Shown here piece after piece: positions 51,901-64,000 of a stretch of DNA of 64,000 bases. How positions within the stretch are numbered: position 1 is the first letter of the stretch; every line of letters starts with the position of its first letter. Source of the DNA: Trichoplax adhaerens (Eukaryota; Animalia; Placozoa); the NCBI RefSeq assembly GCF_000150275.1, contig NW_002060943.1, positions 8,502,066-8,566,065 of the forward strand, in the 5' to 3' direction. Both the position numbers and the translations under genes were made by a program. The notes below the pieces were generated by a model. It had not been told where the DNA came from. It worked only from the letters and a program-made list of their open reading frames with translations, and did not search any database.

Positions 51901-54246
51901 TGTAATTCCTACAGAACAATTTTCAAGTGGACAATTGTTAAGTACCATCGGCGTTTTTGATAAAAGTGTAACGAATTATATGGCTATAATAACAACAAAT
52001 AATGCCACAAGTTTAAAAATGGATATGCTGCCCTTGTCAAAGGGATTGAAGTGGAGTAAAATTAATAATCGGTATTATTCAACTTTATTCAAGATCCCTC
52101 AAGGTGCACATTTACTTCATCAAACTCTTCCTACAGAAAAGCTAACGACCTATATATTCGGAATTGGCCAGGGAACATCAGTTGCTTATCCAGCAGCTAC
52201 AAATGTTATGGCAGTATCGAGAAACTGTGTTCCAACTGTGACCCACGCAGCAGGAAATGATATCGACGACGATTGTGATGGTATTATCGATGAGGAATTA
52301 CAAAACAACATCGATGATGATGGTGATGGCCTTATTGACGAAGATTTATATGCCACGTCTCCGGATCTTCAATTGGACAGCGCTCTACATTTGCAGTCTT
52401 GTGATATTCATTCGACAACCAAGGATACTTACGACAGTAAAACTTTTAATTATTCAATCAATTCCAAGTGTGTTCTGTATGGCAGTTCAGCTTTTTCTTT
52501 AAAGAAAGTTGACAGTAATAAACTCACTTCACGTTGCGGGAATAGCCTTATAAGAGAATGGATTTTAACTGATGCCTGTGGTATGACAGTACGAAAAAGT
52601 CAGCAAGTCCAAGTTTTACTCCCTATTAGTAACAAAATTACTCTACCGCAAAATTTTATTGCGAAATGTTCTAGTGATGTGTCTCCAACAGTAACTGGCA
52701 AGCCTTCTGTTAATACATCTGTCTCGTGTAAGGACGTTAAAATTCCGGATCCATCTATAAATTATATCGATAGAGTAGAGAGATCTTCGTGCGATGAAGT
52801 TATTTACCGTAAATGGAATATCAACTATGAAATGTTTTGTGGGGAAAATATAAGCCATACTCAAGAAATCCGCTTAGGTTTGTTATTTGAGCATTCCGTA
52901 ATTCTCAATTAACCTGTAGAAAATATGTTGTCTATTAGTTTACTGTAATTTACCAATTTTTCCGTAATACAAGAATATCTAGTCAGATTAGACTTTACTA
53001 AATCAAAGATGATTGACTTTTTTTTACTCAAGTTGGCTATAGAGCACCTATTCTACCGCAAATTAGAGATCTTAACGTCAGTAAGAATGCGATAGGCGTA
53101 TTTTGGTCGGTCAAACCAGATGAGACAAATTGTGTGACGGAACTGTTATGCCAGTATAAACCTGCAGATAGTGATGAAGCTAAATCTCGTCAAGTTGATA
53201 AATCAGTGAATCCCATTTACCTTACTAAGTTATTACCTAATACCACCTATATTATTAGTATGTATACCATTACCAAATGTGGTCGAAGCCACACTCCTGT
53301 AGAAGAAGTTATTACTACACTTGTTGATGGTAAGAAAGTACTGTTTGTTTCCTATCGCGTGAACAGAAATAAAGCTACACCGGTATGTCATGTTATTATT
53401 ATTTATCCTTAAGGTGAAAAATATACTACGGTGACTACACCATACACTGAAAGCAGCACAGCATCAGATCCGGCAACCACTCCAGCAACAAGTTAGTTCC
53501 AGTTATTTTAAATTAAATTTGATAATGTAGATTTCTTATTATAACCTTACGGAATATTTAATGTACATTAATAACATTTCAGCTATGACATCCACCGATA
53601 AAAAGCCGGGTGAATTGACTGGTAAAACCACCGTTCCTAATCCTACAAGTAAAAGCACCACTGTTGACCCTACAAGTAAAAGCACCGCTGTTAACCCTAC
53701 AAGTAAAAGCACCACTGCTGACCCCGCAAGTAAAAGCACCACTGCTGACCCCGCAAGTAAAAGCACCGCTGTTGACCCTACAAGTAAAAGCACCACTGCT
53801 GACCCCGCAAGTAAAAGCACCACTGTTGACCCTACAAGCAAAAGCACGGCTCCCAACTACACAGCTAAGAGTACAACATATCCAACTGCCAATCCACAAA
53901 TAAATGGCCCAGTTAGCACTGGAGTTATCACCGTTATTGCTTTAGTAGTTGCTATTTCGCTAGTTACTGTTGGAGGTGTGGCGTATAGGTAAGTAAAAAC
54001 AAACATTTATGTGCATCGTACATACGTATCAATGTATCATTTTTTGAGTAATGCTATCTTTGAAAGGTATATTAATTTTGCTAACATAATTCTGATAATA
54101 GATATTATAAACGAGGACATCAATCCGTTAATGTTGCTAGCAAGAAATCTGTACCGCCTTCACAACCTTCATCGAAAGTACCCGTCGACATCGTTTATGC
54201 TCCAGAAGTCAAAAAAGGAGCAGTCCCAAAAGGGACTTCTATTTAA
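48955..54246 (+). CDS. Type I membrane glycoprotein: signal peptide, IgGFc-binding N-terminal domain, Asp-rich DDDCDG motifs, Cys-containing Ig/HYR-like repeats, FN3, Ser/Thr stalk, TM, cytoplasmic tail
   Basis: Exon 1 (48955-49012) MWNIKVLLFISLWAYLEAK is signal-like and joins the 1.88 kb exon 50997-52877 in phase 1. That exon has FCGBP-type motifs SDGFLALPTTSLGKEY, DLTGSIVNSDKPVAVISGNKC and EQLLPVKAWG. FN3 exon 53033-53329 (W..LLPNTTY). TM VITVIALVVAISLVTVGGVAY is followed by RYYKR. Stop TAA at 54244-54246. Confidence 0.85.
53642..53857 (+). repeat. Coding 27-bp tandem repeat x8, P(T/A)SKST(T/A)(V/A)D mucin-like stalk
   Basis: cctacaagtaaaagcaccactgttgac units, in frame within the IgGFc-domain gene. 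Confidence 0.95.
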
Positions 54247-55180
54247 TTTATTCATTTTTTATAACCATTATTTTCATGTTGAATTTCAGTTATATGATTA
54301 TGTTTCATGTGGTGCATATTACTTCTATATCGTTAAAGTTAAATTGCACCTTTGTAGATTCAAAGTATCATTCCTAAATTACAGCTGTATACTAATATAT
54401 CTACCGATGGTGAAATCTTACCAATCTGTACCAGACAAAGCATTTATGACATGACACTGCATTGCATTAATATATAAAGTGTATGCTTGATATAATCATT
54501 TACGAATCTTGCAGAAGCTATTCTATTATATAACAGTCACTAACTGTAAATAATGACCGTAACGTACTTCGGGCATTTCATGTAGATTTATAATCTTATA
54601 CCGTAGTACCGTACCTACGGTTATCCTTAATGATATTACGATACGATACTTGTTGAATGTAATGCATGTAGAACAGGTACTTGAGTCGTATAGCTTTTAA
54701 TAAAGATGGAATGTGTGTTTGATACACTCACCTATTTCAAAGCTATTGCATAGGAATTGGATTGACTGTAAATAACTGAAATGATTATTTGTACGTTTGA
54801 CTGGACTTTAATGGCTTTACGACTACAACTTTCCCTTGCTAGTAATAATATCGGCAAATACGAGTCCTGGACCGTTCGTGGAACTCTTTACATACAGTAT
54901 TTTTTTTAGAGTCTGTACTTTCTGCTTTATTTCGTCTTTGTGACATTATAGTAATTTAAACAGTGTCGTGATCAGTCGGAAAAATGGAAGAGAAATGACG
55001 ATTTTGATGCAATCAACAACACTTTTTTGATATCAATCAATACCAATGTCAATTATATTATTCATCGTGCTTAACAGATTCACTTTAAAGTCTTCCAGAT
55101 TATTGTTTTGCTTAAATTTAGTCGTTTCAACTAGATTGAAGGTGCGAGCAAAGCGAAATTACGCAGGTAAATATAAACAT

Positions 55181-55256
55181 GTGTAAAACAGATGTGATAG
55201 TAAATCTATATTCTACACTGCACATAGGACTTCTATTTACGACATCTGTTTTACAC
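55181..55256. repeat. Inverted repeat/hairpin with perfect 15-bp arms
   Basis: gtgtaaaacagatgt (55181-55195) is the reverse complement of acatctgttttacac (55242-55256); inner gtaaat/atttac also pair. Confidence 0.8.
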
Positions 55257-55267
55257 GTTACAGATTA

Positions 55268-55408
55268 TACAGTACTGTATTATACTGTACTGTACAGTAC
55301 AGTACAGTACTCTACTCTACAGTACAGTACTGTATGGTGAATGCCCTGTACTGTACCAAAACCCCGCCAATCTTGTCCCAGCTAACACAGTACTGTACTG
55401 TACAGTGT
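55268..55408. repeat. CAGTA/TACTG palindromic patch between the IgGFc-domain gene and SNAPC4
   Basis: Perfect 22-bp palindrome tactgtactgtacagtacagta at 55283-55304, plus flanking pentamers. Confidence 0.8.
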
Positions 55409-57161
55409 CGATCGCAAACTCTCAGGAGAATTTTCAGTTTCAATTCACTACACTAGTTTGGCTGTGAAACTGTCGAAATTTGGATTATTTTGTGTATTCT
55501 TGGCTGCCTAATTCTATTTTATCATGTCAGAATAAGCTCAATTTGCTTATTAGTTCAATCGCCTTGCAAAGGGAAGCCGACAGCAAATTATAAGTGCCTT
55601 TCACAACAAGAATTTTTCTATGTAGGTCTATAAAGAACAGTCGTAAATCATTTTACTGCACTCATGAGCTGAAAATTGTATTCCTTATTTTTGAAGTTAA
55701 CATATTTCTTTGACCATTTATACGTTAGACAGATCACTAAGTTAGGATCATATCGAGTTTATTATACTTATGGATGTCATTCAATACAATAAAAATTAGT
55801 TTTCCCTACAATTTTCTTATTTATTCAGTAGATTTCATTTAAAGCAGATACGAATAAATTCTGTCCCAAGCAAATAGTTAGAATATCTACTGAGAATGTT
55901 TTCAAGCCTTGTAGTTGACTTAAGTTGTTATCAATGCAGTATCACCCTTCTATTCATAATGTTATAACTCGATCATGGATGGTACTGTAGAGGCTGTTGT
56001 TGGCCATATCAACTCAGTGACAAGAAATTACTCATTTAGCTGATGCTACGTTAAAAAAGGAAGAGCGAATGGATGTTTTATATATATTATAAATACCAAT
56101 ACAGTATTTATGCGTAGTCGAAGTGACGTCATTTGTATGCAAAATGCTAAATCGTGAATTACTAGATGTGAGTCTAGTTATCCATAGCCAACCTTCAGTG
56201 TATTTATAATGAGAATTAAAACTAGCTTACTACCTTGAGCTACATTCATGGTTGTAAGTGATTTTCTACTGTTTATGCACCCATGGTTATAGTTGATGGG
56301 TTAGGAAAGTATCTAATTTCGATGGCTTGAGGGTTAACCAACTTGATACTTGTCAATTTCGTCCTGGTCTTCAGCTATCATGTTTACTGTGCTACCTATA
56401 TCCTTTCATACGACGTGGTAGTTTTTATCCTACGACGTATTAAGCTGTTGCTATTTCAGTACTTGAATTAATAGTATCGGCCAAATTTTGTTAAGGTCAT
56501 GACACGCGTAAAAATAAAATTATCGTAGAAGTGACACGATGTACCCGAGTATCCGTGATCAAAAGTTTGATTTCCATGACATCCGAAATAATCAATAGGA
56601 CTTTAGCCCGTACATTATAAGATACGATAGTAATGAATCAGTAACATGATTCTATAACTGTACGTCCTCAATGCCTAGATTTGATATGTTTATATGTATA
56701 CGAGCATTAAACGTATTTGCTAAAGATACATGTTCCTGATAATTTCCTCAGTCAACACTTGTGGTAGTTAGTATGGCCAATGGAGGGATACTCAAACATG
56801 TAGTATGAGTGATAAATAAGAAAATTTTACTAAATATCCATAATCACTTTTCAGTCTTACACTCTATATATGGATATTAATATTCTAGTTGCAGATTTAC
56901 AGTAACATCTAAATGCAAGTAACTATTGCTACAACATGATATTCAGGGTTAACAACCGAGAAGACAAGGATCCCATCAATGTATAATTTACACATAAAGC
57001 TGATAGGTGTAGCGATCAATTATCACCTGATCCATACTTAATTAACCACGAGTTAGAAAATATTAAATTAGATTATTCGCCATTGATAACAAATATCTTT
57101 TTTAAGTCTAATGACCAATCCAACTGCAAATACCACGGACTGTAATGTAGGCTAAGCAGAC

Positions 57162-60100
57162 ATGGAAGATACTCCTCAACGTCGACCTCTAAATCCACCC
57201 GACAATGACCAGGATGACAACGTTAATAACGATGTTCATGATCCAGATATACGCCTGAAACATTTGTGCTTAAACCAATGCTTAAAATACCAAGTAAGTC
57301 CAAATGATGTACTCATACCTACACTTACGTTGCAACGATACTAACTATGGATATTTCCTTGATATTTTATTTTTAAAGTGAGTGTCCTAGGTTATATATT
57401 GGGTGCTATAAATTAATAGGTGTACTTGTACTCTGTTGACTCTACACTGTAGGATGCAATTGAAATACATTTAAAATTGGTTGATAGAGCACTGGAAGAA
57501 AATCGAAATTTGCAGGCATGAAACATCCATTAGTCAATCAACTATAGATTTCTTTTTACGTTGGAATAAAATATTAAAGTCGCGATACTTTACTATCACA
57601 TAGATATCACTGACTAGCAATGGTTACAATTTATTTGACATTTCATACAGTTTTACTACATATTTTTGTAGCAACGTGTAAGTGCCAACATCAATTCAGT
57701 TTTGGTGAGGCCCGGAACTAGTATGCGGCACCGTTCTTTACGAAAATTTGTTCCATACTTTGTCGACGACAGCGGAAAGGTAGTTACAATTTGGATGTCT
57801 TAACTGTATCACGACGACATAATTGTATTATATACTACGTATGAACATTCGCATATAGACTATCATTAAAATGGTAATCTGCTGCCTCCTCGATAATTTA
57901 ATAACATATTCATTATTATATCTTATTAGACCCCACCGAAGAATGAAGATGCTCGTAATGAAGAAAGAGCTAGAAATTCTGTTGTCGTTAATATTAAAAA
58001 ATGTAATATTTAAGTATCGACGTTTTCAATATGAATCGAAACACTTACAGTATTGTACGTTAAAACATTGCATTTATGCCGTTCTGCAGGGACTGCTAAT
58101 GATAGGAAGCTGCTTGCTGCTGCGGTCCAAGAACAAGTGCTGGAGGAAGAAATCGCTCCAATTTTATTCAAGTAAGTTTTTGTCATTTGGCAAGAATACT
58201 ACAGAGTATAATATTTTAGTACATGATAATGATCTACGAATGTATCATCATTATTTATTATATACCGATAAAGTTTGTTGTTATGAACTTAGTAATAACC
58301 AGTAATTAACATGTTCATCCAACAGACGCACTGGCTTAGAGATCCAATATAAAAAATCTGAGGATCCTGATATCAAGAGCCAAATCAGCAAGGAACAAAA
58401 AGCAATTGATAAGTTTCGGTAGGAACTATTTATTACCAACCAAATACAATGATATCATTTAAATCTGTCTTACTAAATTTACTAGTCAAGAGCAATAAAT
58501 ATTTAAATTTCAACTGTATTTAGATCGCTATCATTAAAAGAATTACTTATGAAAGTCCGTATGCCTAAAATCAACTGGCGAAGAATTAGTTCTCAGTTTG
58601 TGAGTTATTTTATTGTCATAGTATACAGGCTTATATCGTTTCTACTATGTAAAACTTTTAAAATATTAAAATTATACGACATTTTTAGTTGCCTCGACAC
58701 ACTCATTTTCAGTGTGAGTTACAATGGTTTAATGTTGATCACCCTAATATCAACTATGGCCCTTGGTCAGCAACGGAAGATCAAAACCTTATAAATCTCG
58801 CGCAAGAAAACAAATTTTTGAATTGGATTGCGATTGCAAGATCTTTAGGAGTAAGTAAACTGTCGTATTTTGTTTTACGAGATCATGTGTTAAACCCAAT
58901 ATACTCGTACGTACATACTTTACGCATTGGCAATAGTAATAAACTTTGGTTGATGTTACTACTACCTACACGTTAGGTAAACCGGACTCCTGCCCAGTGT
59001 CTGCAACGGTATATATTACATCACGATAGCAGTGTATTTAAAAGGTAATAAAGAATGGATCAGTGATCAATTTGGCGTACTTTTTCCATGATTATTAGCA
59101 TCTTGAGTCGAAATAATAATACTAGTAATATCTTGTTACTATGATTGTAGTCGATGGACAGAAGATGAGGATGATTCTCTCAAAAGTCTAGTTAAAGCCC
59201 TAGGTACAACAAGCTGGCAACAAGGTATTTTTATAATATCAGTGGGGAGATTGTCAGAAAATTTTATATTTAAAATTATACAATTGAAACTGCTTTATCG
59301 TAATGACTTTGATTTGCATTTTCTAATCGCCGTTGAATTTTAGTTGCTAGCTATATGGAAGGTAGAACGGGTCAACAGTGCATGTTTAGATGGAAAGCAA
59401 TCGATCCTGATAAGAGAAGAGGAGCGTTTACCAAAGAAGAAGATCAGGTATACTGTGAATCAACCTACAAATCATTTTAATGATATTTATTCATTCATTC
59501 TTAAATTTACTTGCATTTACGCTTACTATGACTTATATTAGCCACTTACAGTTAAAGCTAATAAAGAGTGCTGACATATGTCTGGCTGAACATATTATTG
59601 TCGTATCGATTTTTATATATGCTTAATATTTATAGAGAATCGGTAAAATACGATATCTAGCTTATAAATCCGACTTGAGGCAAAATACGTATAGTATTAA
59701 ACAGCGGAAACTATAAATACTGTACTGAGTACCAAATTTTCATCACCTTTCATTCGAAGTTATATCAATAGAAGTTTTCCTGGCATACTTTACTGCTTTA
59801 GATATCCTGAGTGTCTTATTTGAAGTCTCATTTTAGTATAGGCTGCACCAGATGTAATGACTGAAATACAATATATATCAATCTTGCCCAATTTCGTAAC
59901 TTTAGATAAAGAATTAATGTAAATTATTGAAAGTTAAATAAAACCCTTTTATTTATCGATGTTGTAACGAAGCTTCTGGAGGAAGGAATTAAGAAATATG
60001 GATCAGGACATTGGCGTAAGATTCAGCAAACCTTCCTACCGTGGCGGACCGATATACAAATTAGAGACAGGTAGCATTACGTTTTCCTATAAACCGAACG

Positions 60101-61524
60101 TTTTTGTAAAGCACAAAGATTAATTACGATGCCACTGTTGTATCATTAGGTGGATTAATGTTCTCGATCCCGAAGTCAATCGCAAGAGATGGACGATAGA
60201 CGAAGAGAGGAAACTTTCATCACTAATTCAACACATTGGTGAAGGTAAGAGGAGGCGAATTTTAATGTTTAACTGATTAATGCTAGCGAACTAATCTATG
60301 CAAGTATTATAAACGGAAATTTTGATGCTATGCATTAGGAAAATGGTCACAAATCTCTAAAGAAATGAGTCTTCGAACAGATAATCAATGTCGTAGGAAA
60401 TGGATATCTATTCAAGTAATTTAGAGATAATTTTTTACTTTTTCTTCTTTACCTATTGTATCAATAGTTTTACTTATGTAAGAGTTCTGACCTTGGACAG
60501 CCTATTAGATAATGATCTATATTCAATTTTTAATATTTATTCAAATAGAATTCCTCTAAAAGGAAAGCACGATATCAAAGTTTACGGAGGTTTCCAATAA
60601 GTGGCAATATCTCAGAAAATAGCGGCTTTGATCAATTGTTCACAGAGGCAGGGAAAGATACAGTAGCATCAAATAGTACGCACCTGGTAGAAATATCAGA
60701 AAATCTCGCCGAGAAGCAGCCCCTAGCAAAGAGATCATCTAATATAGGTAACATACGAAAACGATAACGTTGCCCAATAACAACCGTAACCGTTTGATAG
60801 GTTACTCTTATAATATTCTCTGACACTGTAGATACTGAAGATTTACAGGCGATACAAGGTAGTCCTGCAAAGAAGCAGAGTCGATCAGACGAATCGTTAG
60901 GTACGCATACTGATAATTAAAATGGGGGACAAACCTGCATTAATTAAGATTGATAAAGATTGCGCGATATCCAAGGATAGTTGTTTCCCTATTTCTGAAG
61001 ATAAACTCAAATTATGGATACTAAAGCAAGAAAGATTGATCTTTTGCTACAGTGTAATATCAAATTTAATTATGGTTTCTATTTCAGATGAAGCGAGGGG
61101 ACATGAAAATATGATTACTAAAGAATCAGAGATAACGGCAGATCACAATTATGCTGCTACAACAGAAACAACCAAAAAATCGGCTGAAATAGATAATAGC
61201 AATTCTTCAGACGCAATCCTACCTACGGTAAAGACTAAGCCACAAGGTATACCAAAAGAAGCTATTTGGGATCTTTCTCGTCTACAACGCAGTATTGATA
61301 AGAAGCTGCTAAAATTAACTGATAAATACAGTGGATATTTAAGTAATAAAGGAATCAATTTTCCCCCTCAAGATAAAGACTTATATGAGAAAAAACTACA
61401 AAAAATTAAGAGCGTAGCCTATCAGGAACGCGCTCAGATTGAGAAACGATATCTGTTACCTACTGGCTATTTATCCGTTAACTTTAATGTAATATCAGTA
61501 AACATACCAAACCAAAATTCGTAA
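57162..61524 (+). CDS. SNAPC4: snRNA-activating protein complex subunit 4 (SNAP190), multi-Myb-repeat protein
   Basis: N-terminal YQDAIE..LEENR and PYFVDDSGK|TPPKNEDA resemble SNAPC4. A partial repeat INWRRIS..CELQWFNVDHPNI is followed by four Myb repeats starting WSATED, WTEDED, FTKEED and WTIDEE (ending RTDNQCRRKW). The 3' end assumes no further splicing. Confidence 0.85.
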
Positions 61525-63861
61525 TGTAAGTAAAATCATTTATCGCATTTAAAGTATGAAATGCTGCGATATTATTTATTCCTAAATGCAATGTTACCCA
61601 TAGTGTATGAATAGATTGATAATTAATAAATTATTAATAGAAATCTGTAGAAATACCTTTTCCTTGTGCTGTGCGAAATTGATTGATGCATGTCGACACA
61701 GAAGTCTGGGATCAGTTCAGTAGCAGCTATAAATACAATTATAAAGTGTAATGATATAGCATATTTGCAAGCGTAACATTCTGTACAATTTACGTTTAGA
61801 TTAGCATTTGTAATACAGATTTGTAAAAGTAAAATTTACAAGTATCTGTAGTATACCTTACTCTTAATTTATCTTATAAATATGTTGTTCCATATTCAGA
61901 ATAAGACATTTGTTTATTATTAGTTATTTGTATTAGCGCCAGTATTGCTCCAAATATGACTACACACTAAATTGTATCTCCCTATTCATAATCTACCTTT
62001 ATATCTAGATATTCACGCATTCGAAAAATTGTTTTGTTATCATGCACTGCTCACAATTCTAATTTGTGTCTTAAAGCAGTTTAACGAAAACAATCAATTA
62101 TAAATATCCAATGCTGCAAAGTTAAATTTTTATTGGTAGTATCAGAGGTTACACGATCTTTTCTTAATGACCGTCACTGCTTAGGAATTATGCTGTTAAT
62201 TTTTGTTTTGTGAATTATTTAATATAAGTATTTTACATTCTGAACGCAACCGTCAAACAACTTTTATTAAACTTTATTGTACATATTTATAGGTCATCAT
62301 AATCATTTTACAAAATGCCCTTTCATCTGTGGGAGGCTATCGTAATGTAGACAAGTGTCGTAACAGAAATTATGTTACACAAGTTCTGTTGAATTCATTA
62401 ATAAAATTGCAAATAACTATTATATTATTAATTAGTTTACGTCGATAACGGAGTACTAATAAAAAGTGATTGTATTTATTGCTATATTTTCATCCTTGAT
62501 ATTATCCTGTGATAAACAAAGTGAATTAAAAATATTCAGTATACAGCATCACTAATAGAATATTATTATAGCCTAGAAATTATATTTATAAATAAATTCT
62601 CCATGGATATACTTATGATGTAAAGCCTCAGTTTTATTGTATGTCGTACCTAATACTCTTGTGAATGTGTCCCACTCCTGTTATACTTTTTCACACGCAG
62701 TTTTACTGACAACTTTATCAAAAAGGAGGATTATCTGCAATATTTATCTCTTTTTCAAACATACAAAGTATCATACAGTACACATTTCTCGATGTCTATA
62801 TATACTGTATCGTACGCGTACACTGGGCCGCACTATATTGCATACTAATATTTAATTATACGGATACATTTTTGCAACATATGGTACTAATATTATAAGT
62901 ATGTAAGTGTACTACAGCATATGAAAGTATTTGAACTAGCTGTAGATATAACGATAAAGAACTAATGAGCTTTCACACTTTCAGACTCAGCTTGTTAATG
63001 CAATAGCTAGAAAAAGCGTAATCGCCTATTTTCGTTATAATGACGATAATGTTTACTTGAATAACTTTAAATTTACAAGCTAGTCCATTTAATGGCAATG
63101 ATACATACCATAAACACAAAAATCAGAATCTTGTATTTGAAATAGAAATACAATGTATTTAATCGGTTGAAGTACAAGCATCAATATATAACTTCTAATT
63201 AGCTGCTGTGTAAATATATTTACAGTACATATTTCAATATGCATATACGTTTACCACATACAAATTTGCAAGATATTTCATTAGTTTAGCAAAGTTTAAT
63301 TCAGGTTTGTAGCCAGACAATAATGGGATTTGTCTTTTATATGATATTGTCAATTTATTATTCTATTTACACTATGGTATATAGTATATACTATAACTCG
63401 AAGTTGTCCATGAAGAAGAAAACTGAGGTATTTCTAGCAATATAGTATTACAATAGTCAAGATTAAGTGAAAATCTATATGAACTAACTTAAACAATATC
63501 ATTGATTGTTAATTAATCATGAATTGGCATATTTAAGAAATACGAATATACGCAGCTATGACTAAAATGATGATGTGCCTAAAAACATACCATTTATTTA
63601 TGGAACCGATCTTAGTTATACGTAATTGAACGATTTTTTTTTGTAGCGAACGAATAATTCTGCATCGTAATTTTGTGATATTAAAAAATGCTATCAAATT
63701 TTTATCGGATATAAATTTTAAGCCCATTCTTAATAAGCACGATAAGTGTATAAATACATTTGATACATCTAGTTTTGCGGAAGTCTGATCGATGGCAGGG
63801 CTGTTAGCTTATATCTATTTTAAAATCGATAGAAACTTGTTTTAATGTATCTAGGCAATAA

Positions 63862-64000
63862 TTAAATTGTCGTTTCTATAGCTGTTCTAACTCTTTCAAT
63901 TTGTTCACGTTCCGGCATGACAGAACCATCTTTATTTCTGGAATACATTGCAAGAGCTTGAATATAAGTCGGTGGTTGACGAATTGATTCTTGTGCTTGA
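63862..64000 (-). CDS. C-terminal coding end of an unidentified gene entering from beyond the window (partial)
   Basis: Open frame from the window edge QAQESIRQPPTYIQALAMYSRNKDGSVMPEREQIERVRTAIETTI*, less AT-rich than the flank, containing a PPxY motif and an ETTI terminus. Confidence 0.5.
   Translation of the reverse strand, partial: QAQESIRQPPTYIQALAMYSRNKDGSVMPEREQIERVRTAIETTI

Noticed and set aside
53539-53903. Overlapping alternative-frame and antisense ORFs (VVLLLVGST, SGAFTCRVN, QVKAPLLT repeats)
   Set aside because: By-products of the stop-free 27-bp coding repeat; only the Ser/Thr frame splices into the gene.
54500-57100. snRNA gene near SNAPC4
   Set aside because: No recognisable U1, U2, U4, U5 or U6 sequence seen by eye; an Infernal/Rfam scan would be decisive.

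Overview
AT-rich eukaryotic (animal) genomic DNA with many short GT-AG introns; the style suggests a compact early-branching metazoan such as a placozoan (inference, not shown by the sequence). Manual exon assembly gives seven complete spliced genes and one partial gene: METTL13 (-), CTDSPL2/SCP4 (+), a TBC Rab-GAP (+), a canonical ABCB6 (-), a tandem ABCB6 paralog (-), a type I membrane protein with an IgGFc-binding domain (+), SNAPC4 (+), and the 3' end of an unknown gene (-). The main finding is the ABCB6 paralog (34943-44128), which the ORF track almost misses. Its 23 exons splice into one uninterrupted frame and keep ABCB6 intron positions, yet every ATPase motif is degenerate (Walker A, Q-loop, signature, Walker B, D-loop, H-loop). 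It is a candidate pseudo-ATPase ABC half-transporter lying next to its active parent. The window also has palindromic CAGTA/TACTG patches near gene 5' ends, several tandem repeats, a hairpin and a GC-AG intron. Exon boundaries were read by hand and may be off by a few bases.
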